A program made the position numbers and the translations under genes. The notes beneath the pieces are model-generated. The model was not told the DNA's origin. It ran no database searches and saw only the letters and a program-made list of their open reading frames with translations. Of a stretch of 64,000 nucleotides of DNA, positions 1 to 12,493 are shown piece after piece (the stretch's first letter is position 1; each line of letters opens with the position of its first letter). Origin of the DNA: Paramecium tetraurelia (taxonomy: Eukaryota); contig CT868063.1 in NCBI GenBank assembly GCA_000165425.1, positions 124,001 to 188,000 of the forward strand, written 5' to 3'.

Positions 1-140
1 CAAAATTAATTTATATTGCAATGCCAATACATGAGAAATTAATTGGAAGATTAAAATTCAAATGTAAGAATTATTACCTTTTAATTTTAATTAATAAAAT
101 AAATTATAAAAAAAATATAAATCTTAAAATAATCAGCAAA

Positions 141-377
141 ATGAAAGAAAAACATAACTCATTAAGAGTCAAGAAGATCAGAAAACTATCGCCAAAAAAG
201 CATTAATAATAAGATGATTTAAGTTCTCCAATAATAACTAATGAAGACCTATTATCAAAGCATCAAAGTTTATGTTCAAGTTTACTGTCGAGTCCTGAAT
301 CATCAAAATTTGTTCCAGGAAGTATGCTAGAATTCTTACTTAACATAGAAGAAATTCATTTCCCTCTCTCTTATTGA
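141..377 (+). CDS. 78-aa hypothetical microprotein, paralog of 719..958
   Basis: Ciliate-code ORF MKEKHNSLRVKKIRKLSPKKHQQQDDLSSPIITNEDLL...PGSMLEFLLNIEEIHFPLSY*; start chosen by alignment with the paralog. Confidence 0.7.
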
Positions 378-718
378 TTATTAGTCTTCTTTATTTATAC
401 AAACTTAACATAATACGTATTATTAACTTATTTATAAAACAAACAAATCTTCAATAATCATTGTATTGAAAACTACAAACATGACCTGTTCTTAAAGTGA
501 TATATAATTAAACGAGATCTCAAAGTTTATAATTCGATCTTTTATTATTTCTCTAGAGTCATATTTTTTATATTAATATTCATTGGTTTCTTGAACATTT
601 CATATCAAATATATAACATTCAATGTAAGAACGAGTTTGGGTCTGGATTAGAATTGAGGGTCGATTCATGTTTATAACCGAAATAATAAATATAAACAAC
701 TCTATATTATCAATAAAT

Positions 719-958
719 TCAGATGAACTGACAGTAGTTAGAATTCTCTAAATGGAGCAAGAATTCCAACATACTACCAGGTTCTTCTCGTGCAGAGTTG
801 GGACTTGAGATATCACTTGGGCAATAGATAGGATATTTCTATAACAGAATCTCATTCGTTATTAATGGTGAGCTTAACTAATCATCTATAATTTGAAATT
901 TTTTTGGGGATTATTTTTTTATCTTCCTTCTGATCATCATGTTGTTCTTATCTTTCAT
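719..958 (-). CDS. 79-aa hypothetical microprotein, paralog of 141..377
   Basis: Ciliate-code ORF MKDKNNMMIRRKIKKQSPKKFQIIDDQLSSPLITNEILLQK...PGSMLEFLLHLENSNYCQFI*. Confidence 0.7.
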
Positions 959-1925
959 TTTATTCAGGATGGTTATATATTTAATTTTTGAGTTTTCCTT
1001 ATTTGTTTAATTGTTATTATTAATAATGAAATTTATATTAAATTCAATTCCTTTTATAATCAGTTCAATTGTTATTTATAAATATATTTTATTTCAAATA
1101 TTTAATATTATTATCATCAATTTTTTTGTCATTGATTAAACTTATATAACTTCTTAAATTTAAAAATAATTAAACAAGGTTGGTTATTACTCGAATATAT
1201 ATGAAAATTAATTACTTTAGATATATTATTAAGAGATGAACAAAAAATAGAATAACAGATCATATTAGAATAAAGAATTAAATCTTTAGAAATAATAAGG
1301 CACATACCATATTTTTTAATACTGAAAATTATTTTAAATTTTTGCAATTTCTTTTTTGAATCATATTATTATTTTTAAGCCAATCAATAAAAGTATCAAT
1401 TCTATATATGATTTCTGGTTTTTTTGAAATCAAAATGTATATAATGAAAAATTGAGAGGTTTTTGGGATTTATAAATTTAATCTATGTTTACATGTATTT
1501 TATATTATTCTAAACATCCTTTTTTTTACATAATTAATGGAAAGGGTAATTTTTTTTATACATACACTTCTTTTGTTAAATCAGACAATCAAAATAGAAA
1601 TGTCCCTATATTAGTATATTAATATGATTTAACAATAAAATTAATATTAAAATATAATAAATTTATTCTGTAAAATTGTAAAGTGCTTTACTATATTTAT
1701 ATTTTGGAAATAGTTAATTGATATCGATCCTTCAAAATTATGACATTGATTTAATCTCACTTACAACATTTCTTTTTTGAAATGAATTTAAAGGAAATCT
1801 GTTAATAGATTAGAATATAAAATTAATAAAAGCAAATACTTCGTATTACCGCCAAAAAAATGACGTAATATTTAGTATATTTTAAGTTAAATTTAATTTA
1901 TTTTGTAGATTAAATAAAATAACAC

Positions 1926-2726
1926 ATGGAATTCATTATTGTGTCATTATTGCTTATCTCAACATTTGGATGGGTTGTGAAGATTGAAAATCAATGCTCT
2001 TGCTCATAATATCGACTTTAAGCTGAATGTGTATCATCTCTAGGTTGTCGATGGAATATAAACTCTAATTTATGCCTTGATATTTAATGTAATTCAATAA
2101 AAACTCAAGCTGAATGCCTTTAGTACTCATAAAGTTGTTCATTTAATTACTCTACATTAACTTGCGCAACATTTACTTCATGTAAAAATTTAAGCGGAAA
2201 TACTGTCTCATAATGTTAAATTTAGAATCCTATGTGTTTATGGGTATCTGGGAATTCTTGCATAGATTACGATTGTCAAAATTTCAATTTGAATAGTTGC
2301 CCTTAATTTTGTATTAATACAGGAACTGCTTGTGAAAATTTTCCAACATGCGAAAAATTAAACTAAACCTATTGTTCAATTTATTCTGGAGTTTGCAATT
2401 GGAATTCAAACAGATGTCAGAATTATGAATGTTCAAATTTTGTAACTATATCACAATGTCAATTTGTAATGGAATCAGAAAATACTATTAAACCATGTTA
2501 TTGGAACTAAACTTAGTGTATAAATGCTCCAGATGCAAGTGTTTTTAATGCTAATTAGTGCTTTATTTAAACTGCTGGTAAGTATCATTGGTCAAGTAAC
2601 AACTCTACAGCTGGAACATGCGAATAATGTTATGGTTCTTCATAAATTTACGAGCCATTGACATAGTATCTTTCAAAAGGTTTGATTCTGAACATTATTG
2701 TGGTTGGTATATTCATGGTAATATGA
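1926..2726 (+). CDS. Cys-rich surface protein (mini-antigen / Paramecium surface antigen-like), probably GPI-anchored, 266 aa
   Basis: Signal peptide MEFIIVSLLLISTFG, periodic C..C.W...C repeats, hydrophobic C-terminal tail; intronless ciliate-code ORF. Confidence 0.8.
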
Positions 2727-2948
2727 GATATTATCAAAATAAATCATTTAAAATTTATAATTCTATTTCAATATATATATTAAAAAAATCATTTAAATCT
2801 TAGAGAATTTTTGAGTCTTTTTGACTTCTTATCAATACCATAAAGAAATTAATAAGATTATTTCGACTTATTTTAAATTTCTGAATTTTCGAAATTATTC
2901 TACAGAATTCAAGTATCTAAATTTCATTAATTGATTAATATTTAAGAA

Positions 2949-3318
2949 ATGAAAAAGGCTCACAAATATAAAAAGAAGAATTTAGAAGTTTGCTGCCCTT
3001 ATAATCCTAATCACTTAATGCCCTTCAGTCAATTATGGTTTCACTTATCCTCTGGCTGCGAAGACAAATAAAAGTTTGGTAATAATCCTTCTTAATTTAG
3101 GTCATCTATATTAGATATGTCCTTATAATTCATTGCATATCTTATAAAAGGAGCACTATGAAGATCACATTAAAAATTGCCAAAAGAAGATAGATGTAGA
3201 TGATGATCTATTAAAACAGATGAGTAATGTAGCTTAGGAGTAATTTGTTGAGGAAAATTAATTTCAGGATTAATTTATATCTAGAAATTGCAATAATAAA
3301 TACAAGAAATATTATTGA
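2949..3318 (+). CDS. GTSF1: GTSF1/Asterix-like protein with two CHHC (U11-48K type) zinc fingers, 115 aa
   Basis: CPYNPNH-x9-H-x4-C and CPYNSLH-x9-H-x3-C, followed by an acidic tail; 22-nt intron 3079-3100 restores the frame. Confidence 0.8.
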
Positions 3319-3489
3319 ATAAGATGCAATTGTTTTATATTTATCGTTAAACATTAAAAAAATGTATATTTAATCTGTCAAGAAATCTAAAACATGCCAT
3401 TTTATATAAAAAACCCAATTATTCACTTCATAAAATTAACATAAATCAATCTAAAAATTGGTCCGCTCACTAATTAATTAAATATTCAT

Positions 3490-6400
3490 ATGAGTTGGAA
3501 TACTAATAACCTTGAAGAAGGTGAAGTTAAACCAGTAGATTCCACTCCAGTATGGGGCGGTGAATAAAACGCAGGTGGATAGTAAATAGATGAAGTGAAA
3601 AAAACTTAAGAGCCTTAATGGGGGCAGGATGAGAAAAAGGAGAACTAAGAAACTAATGCTTAAAATGGAACGGCAGCAGAATCAGGAGGTTGGGGAAATC
3701 AACCACAGCAGCAATCATCATCTTGGGGAGAAACTAAAACAGATAATAATGATAATGCATGGGGATCTGGAACTACAGGGTTTGGAAGCACATCAACAGG
3801 AGACAATGGAGGTTCATCTTGGGGAGGTGGTTCGACGTCTTGGGGAAATGGAGGAAGCTCAGATAATAATTTTTAATCAGATCGACCTAGAGGCAGAGGA
3901 AGAGGTGACAGAGGAGATCGAGGAGGTGGTTATAGAGGAAGAGGTGATAGAGGTGGAGAAGGTTTTAGAGGCAGAGGAGATGGATTTAGAGGAAGAGGAG
4001 ATAGAGGAGATCGAGGAGGATTTAGAGGAAGAGGTGATAGAGGAGGAGACAGAGGTGATCGAAGAGGAGGTTTTAGAGGTGGAAGAGATAATGGTGGAAG
4101 TTGGGGTGGCAACTCAAGTAATAACAACGGAGGAGGAAATAGTTGGGGAGGTAATGCAGAAGGTAGCTCTTGGGGAAATTCAGACAACAAAGATAATGCT
4201 GGAGGTGGTTGGGGTAGTACTTCAACAAATGAATAACCAGCTCAATCAGGTGGATGGGGTAGTACAACTACAGAATAGCCAGCACAATCTGGAGGATGGG
4301 GAAATTCTACTGAATAACCAGTTCAATAAGCATCTGAAGGTTGGGGAAGTAAAACAGAATAACCTCCATAATAAGCAGAATCAAATTAAGGTGGATGGGG
4401 CACTACTACTGAATAATCAAACTAATAATCTGGTGGTGGTTGGGGATCGACAACTGAATAACCATAAAAATAATCCAACGGATGGGGAAATTCTACTTAA
4501 GAATAGCAACCTTAATAATCTGGAGCTGGAGGTTGGGGATCTTCTAATACTGAACAACCTGCATAGTCATCAGGAGGTTGGGGAGCATCTACAACTGAAT
4601 AACCTGCAACTACTGGAGGTTGGGGTTCTACAACTGAATAGGCAACTACATCAGGAGGATGGGGATCTACTACTGATTAAGCAGCATCTTCAGGTGGAGG
4701 CTGGGGAGGTTCATCAGATCAATAAAATGGTAACTCTTGGGGCGGAGGAGGATCTGGAGATGGACAGAGAGGAAGAGGTCGAGGAAGAGGAGATCGTGGA
4801 GATAGAGGAGGTTTCAGAGGTCGAGGAGATGGTTTTAGAGGAAGAGGAGACAGAGGTGGAGAAGGTTTTAGAGGTAGAGGAGATGGATTTAGAGGAAGAG
4901 GAGACAGAGGAGATCGAGGAGGATTTAGAGGAAGAGGTGATAGAGGAGACAGAGGAGATAGAAGAGGTGGATTTAGAGGAGGAAGGGATAATGATAATTC
5001 TGGCAATGGTGGAAGCTGGGGTGGATCATCAAATGATTAAGGTGGTGGAGGATGGGGATCTTCAACAACTGATTAACCTGCATCTAATGGAGGTTGGGGA
5101 TCTACTGCAACTGAATAACCTTAATCAAATGGAGGTTGGGGATCTACTGCTACTGAACAACCAGCTTAAACTGGAGGTTGGGGATCTACAGCTACTGAAA
5201 AACCTGCATAGAATGGTGGTTGGGGATCTACAGCAACTGAATAACCATAATAGAGTGGAGGTTGGGGATCTACAACAACTGAATAACCATAAGCAAGTGG
5301 AGGTTGGGGATCTACTGCTACTGAATAACCAGCTTAAAATGGAGGATGGGGATCTACTACTACTGAATAACCAGCATAAAATGGAGGATGGGGATCTACT
5401 GCTACTGAATAACCAGCATAAACAGGTGGTTGGGGAAGCTCTGATGCTCCATAATAATCTAATGGTGGTTGGGGAAGTAGTAATAACGATTAACAATAAT
5501 CTAATGGATGGGGCTCCAGTAATCAATAATCAAATGGAAATGGCGAAAGAGGAAGAGGTCGCGGCAGAGGAAGAGGTCGAGGTGGTGATAGAGGTGGTGA
5601 TAGAGGCGGAGATAGAGGATTTGATCGAGGATTTGATAGAAATAATAATAACAATTACAACAACAATAACAACAACCACAACAACAACAATAACAACAAT
5701 CATAATAACAATAACAATACTGAAAATGGTGGAGGAGATTTACCAACTGCTAAAAGAATCAAACCTAACCCTGTAATAATTACAATATCAGATGATGAAA
5801 ACGGAAAGGCATCTCCTCATTTCAGTGAGGATGAATAAGAAAAAGTAAATATAATTAATGAGGCATTGAAATAAACTGTTGATGCAAAATAGGTTTCATT
5901 GTAACTACCAGTATTGGATACTAAATTTTCACCTCTTTTTAATCCTGAGCCTGATCCAGATAGTTTAAAAACTGATAATTTATGTCACCTTAAGGGAGGT
6001 CTTTATCCTCATGAATAACATAAAAAGGTGAAGTTTGTATACACAGGAGGAATAAAGGTCGATTCAGATAGACAACCAGTTGTTAATTTAGTTACTTTTG
6101 ATAATGATTTAGAATTTATTGAATCTTGTCCTAAAGTTGATTTAGCTGAAAAATAAGGAATAGAAACTGTGTTTTTGAGTCCATTGATAAATGAATATAG
6201 AATTCTGAAAAATGAATTGGTGTAATTAAGATAAGAAGAGAGAAGAACATAAATTAGGAGATAATATATGGGAATAGTGGAAGGAATTGATAAAGAAAAT
6301 TAAGATTTAATATGTTAAGTTGGATTGGCATTGTTAAAAGAATAGAAAGCAATAAGATTAAAATATGGATTTCTATTTGCTGAATTAACACTCTTTCACA

Positions 6401-6566
6401 TTAAATAGATATTTGGAAATATGGATCAAGTAGAACATTAATCTTTGCAAGCAAGAGAAAAAGAATTGAGACCATCAAATGTAGTTTTTTCATAGTTTCC
6501 ATTACTTAGAAATGGTTGAATGATGTGCCAAAATTGAAATGCAGAAGAAGAAAAGAGTTGTTATGA
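3490..6566 (+). CDS. NOWA: Nowa1/Nowa2-like GW-repeat RNA-binding protein of genome rearrangement, about 1015 aa
   Basis: Frame-1 ORF MSWNTNNLEEGEVKP... with alternating GGWG and FRG/RGG repeat blocks, an Asn tract and a non-repetitive C-terminal domain; 29-nt intron 6481-6509 gives the end KWLNDVPKLKCRRRKELL*. Cannot tell NOWA1 from NOWA2. Confidence 0.88.
3886..4090 (+). repeat. NOWA FRG/RGG repeat block 1
   Basis: Purine-rich repeats encoding RGRGDRGG..FRGRG; near-duplicate of 4765-4990. Confidence 0.85.
4765..4990 (+). repeat. NOWA FRG/RGG repeat block 2
   Basis: Shares agaggtggagaaggttttagaggYagaggagatggatttagaggaagaggaga...gatcgaggaggatttagaggaagaggtgatagagga with block 1. Confidence 0.85.
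5050..5480 (+). repeat. 42-bp tandem repeats encoding GGWGSTATEQPAQ(N/T) inside NOWA
   Basis: About 10 units of ggaggWtggggatctac...actgaataacc at 42-nt spacing. Confidence 0.85.
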
Positions 6567-6604
6567 TATATAAAATTAATATTATAATTACAAATTTGAA
6601 TTAA

Positions 6605-9600
6605 ATGGTGTGTGTTGACATTCTGAAATAATATCATCCTGAACAGTAAGGAAAGGTTTACATGAAGTAAGATCGATACTTAAAGAAACGTGTCTTATAT
6701 TTGGATGGAAATATGAATACAGTTGCCTAGATTACAATACCTGTCAATTTGAGATAAAATTATGTAATTATTCCCACCTATATAAGCTTCACTTTTAAAT
6801 TTAAGTTCCTTCCACAGGTGTGTTTATAATTTCTATAAACTATTAAAATAAGGGGTAAAATTTCAAAGTCTCAATTAGCAATGTAATTTGAATTATTTTT
6901 TAAAATAGTTATTTAAATCAGTTTCATACCCTCATGAAAATTAGATAAATCAACCCTGTGAAGGATTACCAAATTGGGGTACAATTGTAGTGGACTTGAA
7001 AAGCTTTTATAGTTTTACAGAAATTACTTAATTAAATATTAGTGGAAATATTGCTGTTAAAAATATATATAATACAAATGAAGATTAATTGCTGCCAACC
7101 GATTGTCAATTAAATAGTGTGCATCGAGCTTTTATTAAACATGTGAAACCAAAATTAGCACCTTTGAAAGGCATTTTGAAAGCAAAAGGGAAAAAGCAAG
7201 AATAGGCTCCTTTGGAAGAAATCCCTTTACCACAAGAAAGAGTATCTCCTATGAAATAGGAGATAAGAGAACCCATAATAGAAGAATAGGAAGCCAAAGT
7301 AAAAAGCAAACCTTAATCAATAATGAAATTAAAACATATACATGGTTATACTCCAAAACATTAAGCAAATGTAATATTTTTAGATGATAATTATTTTGCC
7401 TTTCCTTGTGATAAAACAATTGTAATTATGTCAGAAAAAGAATAAAAGTTTTGTTCAGCTACAAGTGAAATATAATCAATAACAAAATATAAAAACGAAT
7501 TGATAGCTGCTTGTGACTCTGAGATCTTAACTTTTGATTATACTACATGTTCAATACTGAACCATTATAAATTAGAAGGATACAAAGCTAAATTTATATA
7601 AAATTGGGATGACACATTAATTGTCTTAGCAAATGATGAAAAGCATTAAATGTTATTATTGATTAGGAATGAAACTGTTGTTATTAAATAAGCTTCGCCG
7701 TTTCATATCTCGACATTTAAAATACAAGACAAAGATAATTTCATATCAGTAGGTAAGGAGAATATTCGGTACTGGCACATAAAAGATACTTGTCTGCAAG
7801 GCCATTCTCCATATTTGGGATAGTATGCTAGAGAAACTGATTTTACAGACGTATTAATACAGGATAAGAGAGTTTTGGGATGTTGTAAAAGAGGTCGAGT
7901 TTTTCAGTTTATAGAAAAGGAACTAACTGGTGTCTGGTAGATTTCAGAAACGCCTATAACTACAATGAACAAATTTACATCTTTTGTGGTCACAACTCAT
8001 AAAGATGGGATCAAATTTTGGAAGCAAGATTTTAGTGAACTTGTCAGAGATATTAAATGTGAAGTTGAAGTAATTGGTTGTGATAGTCGATAAAAACTAG
8101 TATGTGCATTTAGAGATAAATCAATTGGAATTGTAGATGATAAAACTATTAAATATTTGGTGCATTCTCATCAATAGAATATATTGGATCTGATTGTTGT
8201 TTAAGATAAAATAGTTTCATCTGCAATGGATCATGAAATTAAAATATGGAACAAAAACCTATCATTAGAATATTAATTTAGATGTCTCGATGGTTTGGCA
8301 TCATCCTTATGTGGGTTATCAACTAAGCCTTAATTTATAGCTGGGTTTGATAATGGTTACATTAGAGTTTTTGAATTACAAACTTACACAGTCATCTTAG
8401 AAATAGATACAAAACATCCTATTCTAGCTATGAGTGGAAATTTGAATGATACTTTATTTTTAATAACCCATGAAAATGAGACACTTATTTTAAATAATAA
8501 ATTACTAATTATCAAACAACATCAACATCAAATTAAGTACAATTAAAATAACCAATAAATTGCTTTCAATGGGTTTTTTAATGAATATTATTATATAGCA
8601 AGTAGTTCTCATATTAAATTATATTCTTGCGATCATTTAGCAGAAAAATATCATTTGAATATACCGATCAGTGCCATTGATTGTAATGATGAACATCTAC
8701 ATATTGTGAGCAATGGTAACATCAAGAGATTTGATAAACAGTTAAATTTTCTTTAAGAGTTAATATCCAATAGTGTTTATATTAAGAGTTGCAATAATTA
8801 TGTTTTCAATGCAAATAATAAAGATTAATTGGTTGTATATGACTATTTATTTACAAGTGATGAAACAGGCAACCCCATCAAATAAGTTTACTAATAGAAA
8901 GTCAAAAAATTAGTAATTTCATCTTAAATTATCAGCTTTGTTGATGATTTCATCTTTATCTGGGATACAAATGGTTTACACTAAACTTTGTTAACTCATC
9001 CAATTGATAAACCATATATCAATTAATTAATAGATGTCATCTAAGAATCAATGAGTCCACATAAACAAAAATTAGAAAAAGAGAAAACAATAAAATAAGG
9101 GAAGGAAAATAAAAAGATTAATTAATAAAAATAATAATAAAATTAATAGTAATAATAATAATAATAGTAATAATAATAGTAATAATAATAATAATAAGTA
9201 AGTCCAAAATCATCTCCTAAAGCTGTTCTTCCAAATCAACATTTAAATATTTAAAATTAAAATAAATAACTAATAATAGATGAATAACAATTACCAAAAA
9301 TAAAAATTAAGAAAGTTATGGGGTATAGATTTAGTGATGCATACATATAATAATTTCCATGGAATAAGGAAGAATAATTTTATGTTTTGCCATCAGAATA
9401 ATTTATTTCTATCAATTATTATGCGCAGCAAAAGTAGCAGCTCATTTTGACAACATAGATCTAGGCCATACATTATAGTATAAAAGGAATAATTGTATTA
9501 CTTAAATAACAAGTTCTAGTATTTGATTTAAAAATGGACTTAATAAAATAATTTGATTATGCCGGATAATTAGCATGTTCCACAGTATCTCCATGCGGGA

Positions 9601-10979
9601 ATTATTTACTAATGATAAATGAAAATAGAATTTAAATATATATCTTAAGTAGTGGTAAAATACTGACTCAAACAATAATACAATATGGAAATGGTAATAT
9701 TTATACAGATTGGTGTCATGACCAAGATTTGATGTTTGTGACTCTGAGTGGAATCCAAAATTAATTATGGAGAGTTAACCAAAAGGCATTATTAGAATAC
9801 TGTGATTTAGATATACCACCTACTTACTATTAAAGTAGTGGATATTATAAGTAGTCATTGGTAGTTTCATAAGGACAAAAAGTTCATCACATTGATATCA
9901 AATAGGCTCGCACTTTATTAACAGTTGAAAATGCCACTTCTCAAGATATTACTTAAGTAATCTGCACTAAAGAATACGTTCTATTGTTCACAAATTCGCC
10001 GAACATCTATATTTATACATATCAATTTAATGATAAACACATTATATCTTTAGATAGTATTCCATTAGGTTATTCGAACATGTTTTAACAGGATATAATA
10101 GTGGCAACTAGATCTTAGATCTGGTTTGTGGATATTCAATCAAGAACTACAGTTAAAATTGAACCAAATATTCCATTAGAACATAAGATCCTCTGCACTC
10201 ATTAGGATATTCTTGGTACATCAGAAGGAACAATAATGATTAACAATGATGAAATATTAGTACCAAAGAGATAGTGCTTACAAATTTCACATTATAAAAA
10301 TTGCATAATAGCTGGATATTCAGATGGATATTGCAGAATTTTCAAAGATTTTTAATTGATTGGTCAAATCTAAGTAGGAAAGAGTGTGACTGCTTTAGTG
10401 GCAAATTCAAAAAATTATTTTGTTGTTGGAAATGAATTAGGTTAATTGTTTTATTGTACTGGTTTGAATGAAATTAAAATGCATGAAATAGTTAAAGAGA
10501 GAGGAGATTTCGCAATTATTTCCATTGATATGAAAGATAAGTTAATTGCTTATAGTACTGGAAATTAAAAGGTTTCCATCTTGCATTATAAAGAGAAAGA
10601 GGAGTTTATCATTAAAAAAGCCACCAATGTAGTTGATGATACTCCAGAATATTATTTAATGGATAGTTATAGGTTTAGATCAATTGAATAGTGCTAAATC
10701 TAGTTTAGTAAGACTAATCAAGAACAAATAATAATGTTGTGTTCCTAAATTGTGATCAGAAATTACATTGAACATTTAAATATCATCACTATAGAATGTA
10801 ATGGTATTTCGTTTATGCAATTTAATTAATATTTAATAGTTGGTCGAAAAGATGGTACTGTTAGTATGTATGACAATGAAATAGAATTGGATAAAGCCTA
10901 GATATCCTAGTTTCCTATTCATATGATGCAAAATGATAAAGTTGCATATGGAAACATGATAAGTGAATTAATATAATGA
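6605..10979 (+). CDS. Large WD40-repeat protein with N-terminal CFA20/DUF667-like domain (WDR90/POC16-like)
   Basis: N-terminus QDRYLKKRVLYLDGNMNTVAQITIP resembles a CFA20 domain; WD repeats (FISVGKENIRYW, SSAMDHEIKIW, AGFDNGYIRVF, AGYSDGYCRIF); poly-Gln linker encoded by TAA/TAG near 9120-9200; small introns near 6820-6910. Confidence 0.7.
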
Positions 10980-10989
10980 TCTATATACT

Positions 10990-11535
10990 TCAATGATTAA
11001 TTAATTCAACATCATTTTATATTAACACTTTGTCGAACTCTGACTACATATCTTGTCCAGGTAAAGTTGAGGGACTTTTCCATAATGATGCATGTACGAT
11101 TACGATTAAACATCCAAGACCCACATAAGTCAATATTTGAGGACCCGAAATAGCCAAAATAAGTAAGATATTAACTAAATTTAATGCTATTCATGTTACA
11201 TAGTAGTAAAAGTATCATTTTTTTATCTTGAGTATTGACGAATCCTAAATCAGGTAGGAAATCTAAAATAGCACTTTATTTCATAACATATGCCCATCTT
11301 CAATTAATAACACAATAATACCCTAAGTAACTAAGAAAGAGTGTTAACAAAACCGCGAAGTTTGTGAGTCTAAATTATTAATTTTAGCATACCCTCCAAT
11401 TGCAATTGCCACTACAACCAATTGAGTATATCGAACACCATAAAGGGAAAAGTTCTCTTGTATTCTCACAGATAAGGAATCACTCTTAGGCAAATTGTAT
11501 GCAGACAAATCTAATATTCCTGGTTGTGATTGCAT
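10990..11535 (-). CDS. PRA1 (prenylated Rab acceptor) family membrane protein
   Basis: Y.LP..S.RI.EN..Y..RY N-terminal pattern, two long hydrophobic hairpins, VHASLWK motif; tiny introns. Confidence 0.72.
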
Positions 11536-11544
11536 TAAATTAAA

Positions 11545-12479
11545 TCAATTTTTTTATTTATTTTATAAATATTACAACAATCCGTGTTTCCATGTACCAA
11601 TGATATGAGTTTGTATCGTTACTTTGCGTAATGATTGTTGAGCAACTTCTGTTGGAGTGCAAACAAATAATCTGGTTTTGAAATTAACAAAATCCTTGTT
11701 CTAGTCTAAAAGATTCGTAGCTATAAGGCCTGGAGTGACCAGTCTAACATCAATTTTTGGTGATAGTTCAATTGCTAAAGATCTAGCTAAATTTCCAATG
11801 TAAGCCTTTGTGGAAGATTAGATGGCACAACCACTATGTGGCCTTTCTCCAGTTTCTGACCCAACAAATACAATTAAGGATTTTTTGCTTCTCTATTTCA
11901 TATGTGGAACTAACATTTGACTTAAATAGGTGCAAGCATTAACATTAACATTTATCAAGGTACTAGTTTTTTATTCATGTTCAAATGGGTGCATTTCAAA
12001 AGTTCCAACATTGTTTATCAAAATTGCAATTTCTCCTATTCTGATTAACTTTTGATGCAATTCTTTGTATGAAGATTCACTAGTGGTATCAAAATCAAAT
12101 TAAATTGTTTCCATCTACACATTATATTCTTATTGGATCTGCTATTTAGTTTAGTCCAATTTATCTTGGGTTCTACCTACAATTATTATATTGTATCCCA
12201 TTTTTGCTAACTCTATAGCATATGCTTTTCCAAGACCATCACCTCCTCCTGTCACTATTGCCCATCCATTTCCATATTATCTTTGTAAATTTGACTTCCA
12301 TAATAAATGAACAGCTATGGATTGGACCATTGGTAATATTGTCTAAGCAAACCTGTAAGTTCCATCTAATTAAATTAGGTATATTTACATAGCCAAATTA
12401 ATTTCTAAGGTATTCCTGATTGAAATATTCTTAGTGCTTTAACTTTCTCTATATACTTTGAAACCAATTAAAATTACAT
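11545..12479 (-). CDS. Short-chain dehydrogenase/reductase, 17beta-HSD12 / 3-ketoacyl-CoA reductase-like
   Basis: [38 protein letters not shown]-type motifs; intron near 12367-12389. Confidence 0.85.
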
Positions 12480-12493
12480 CAATATTAATATTA

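Noticed and set aside
620..670. GC-richer island ending GGGTCGATTC, similar to a tRNA T-loop or B-box
   Set aside because: Imperfect motif, and no acceptor stem or cloverleaf could be formed.
5050..5480. Regularly spaced repeats resembling a CRISPR array
   Set aside because: The units are in-frame 14-codon protein repeats with no unique spacers, in a eukaryotic context with no cas genes.
3930..5746. Pro/Ser/Leu-rich and Cys-rich minus-strand ORFs
   Set aside because: Antisense shadows of the NOWA GGA/AGA and AAC repeats.
3629..5776. 715-aa Glu/Val/Leu-rich ORF in the supplied track, as a possible overlapping gene
   Set aside because: It is the +1 shadow frame of the NOWA low-complexity domain. 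Stops in that frame need NTA/NTG codons (Leu/Ile/Val/Met) in the real frame, which the Gly/Arg/Trp/Gln repeats nearly lack. It ends where the repeats end.
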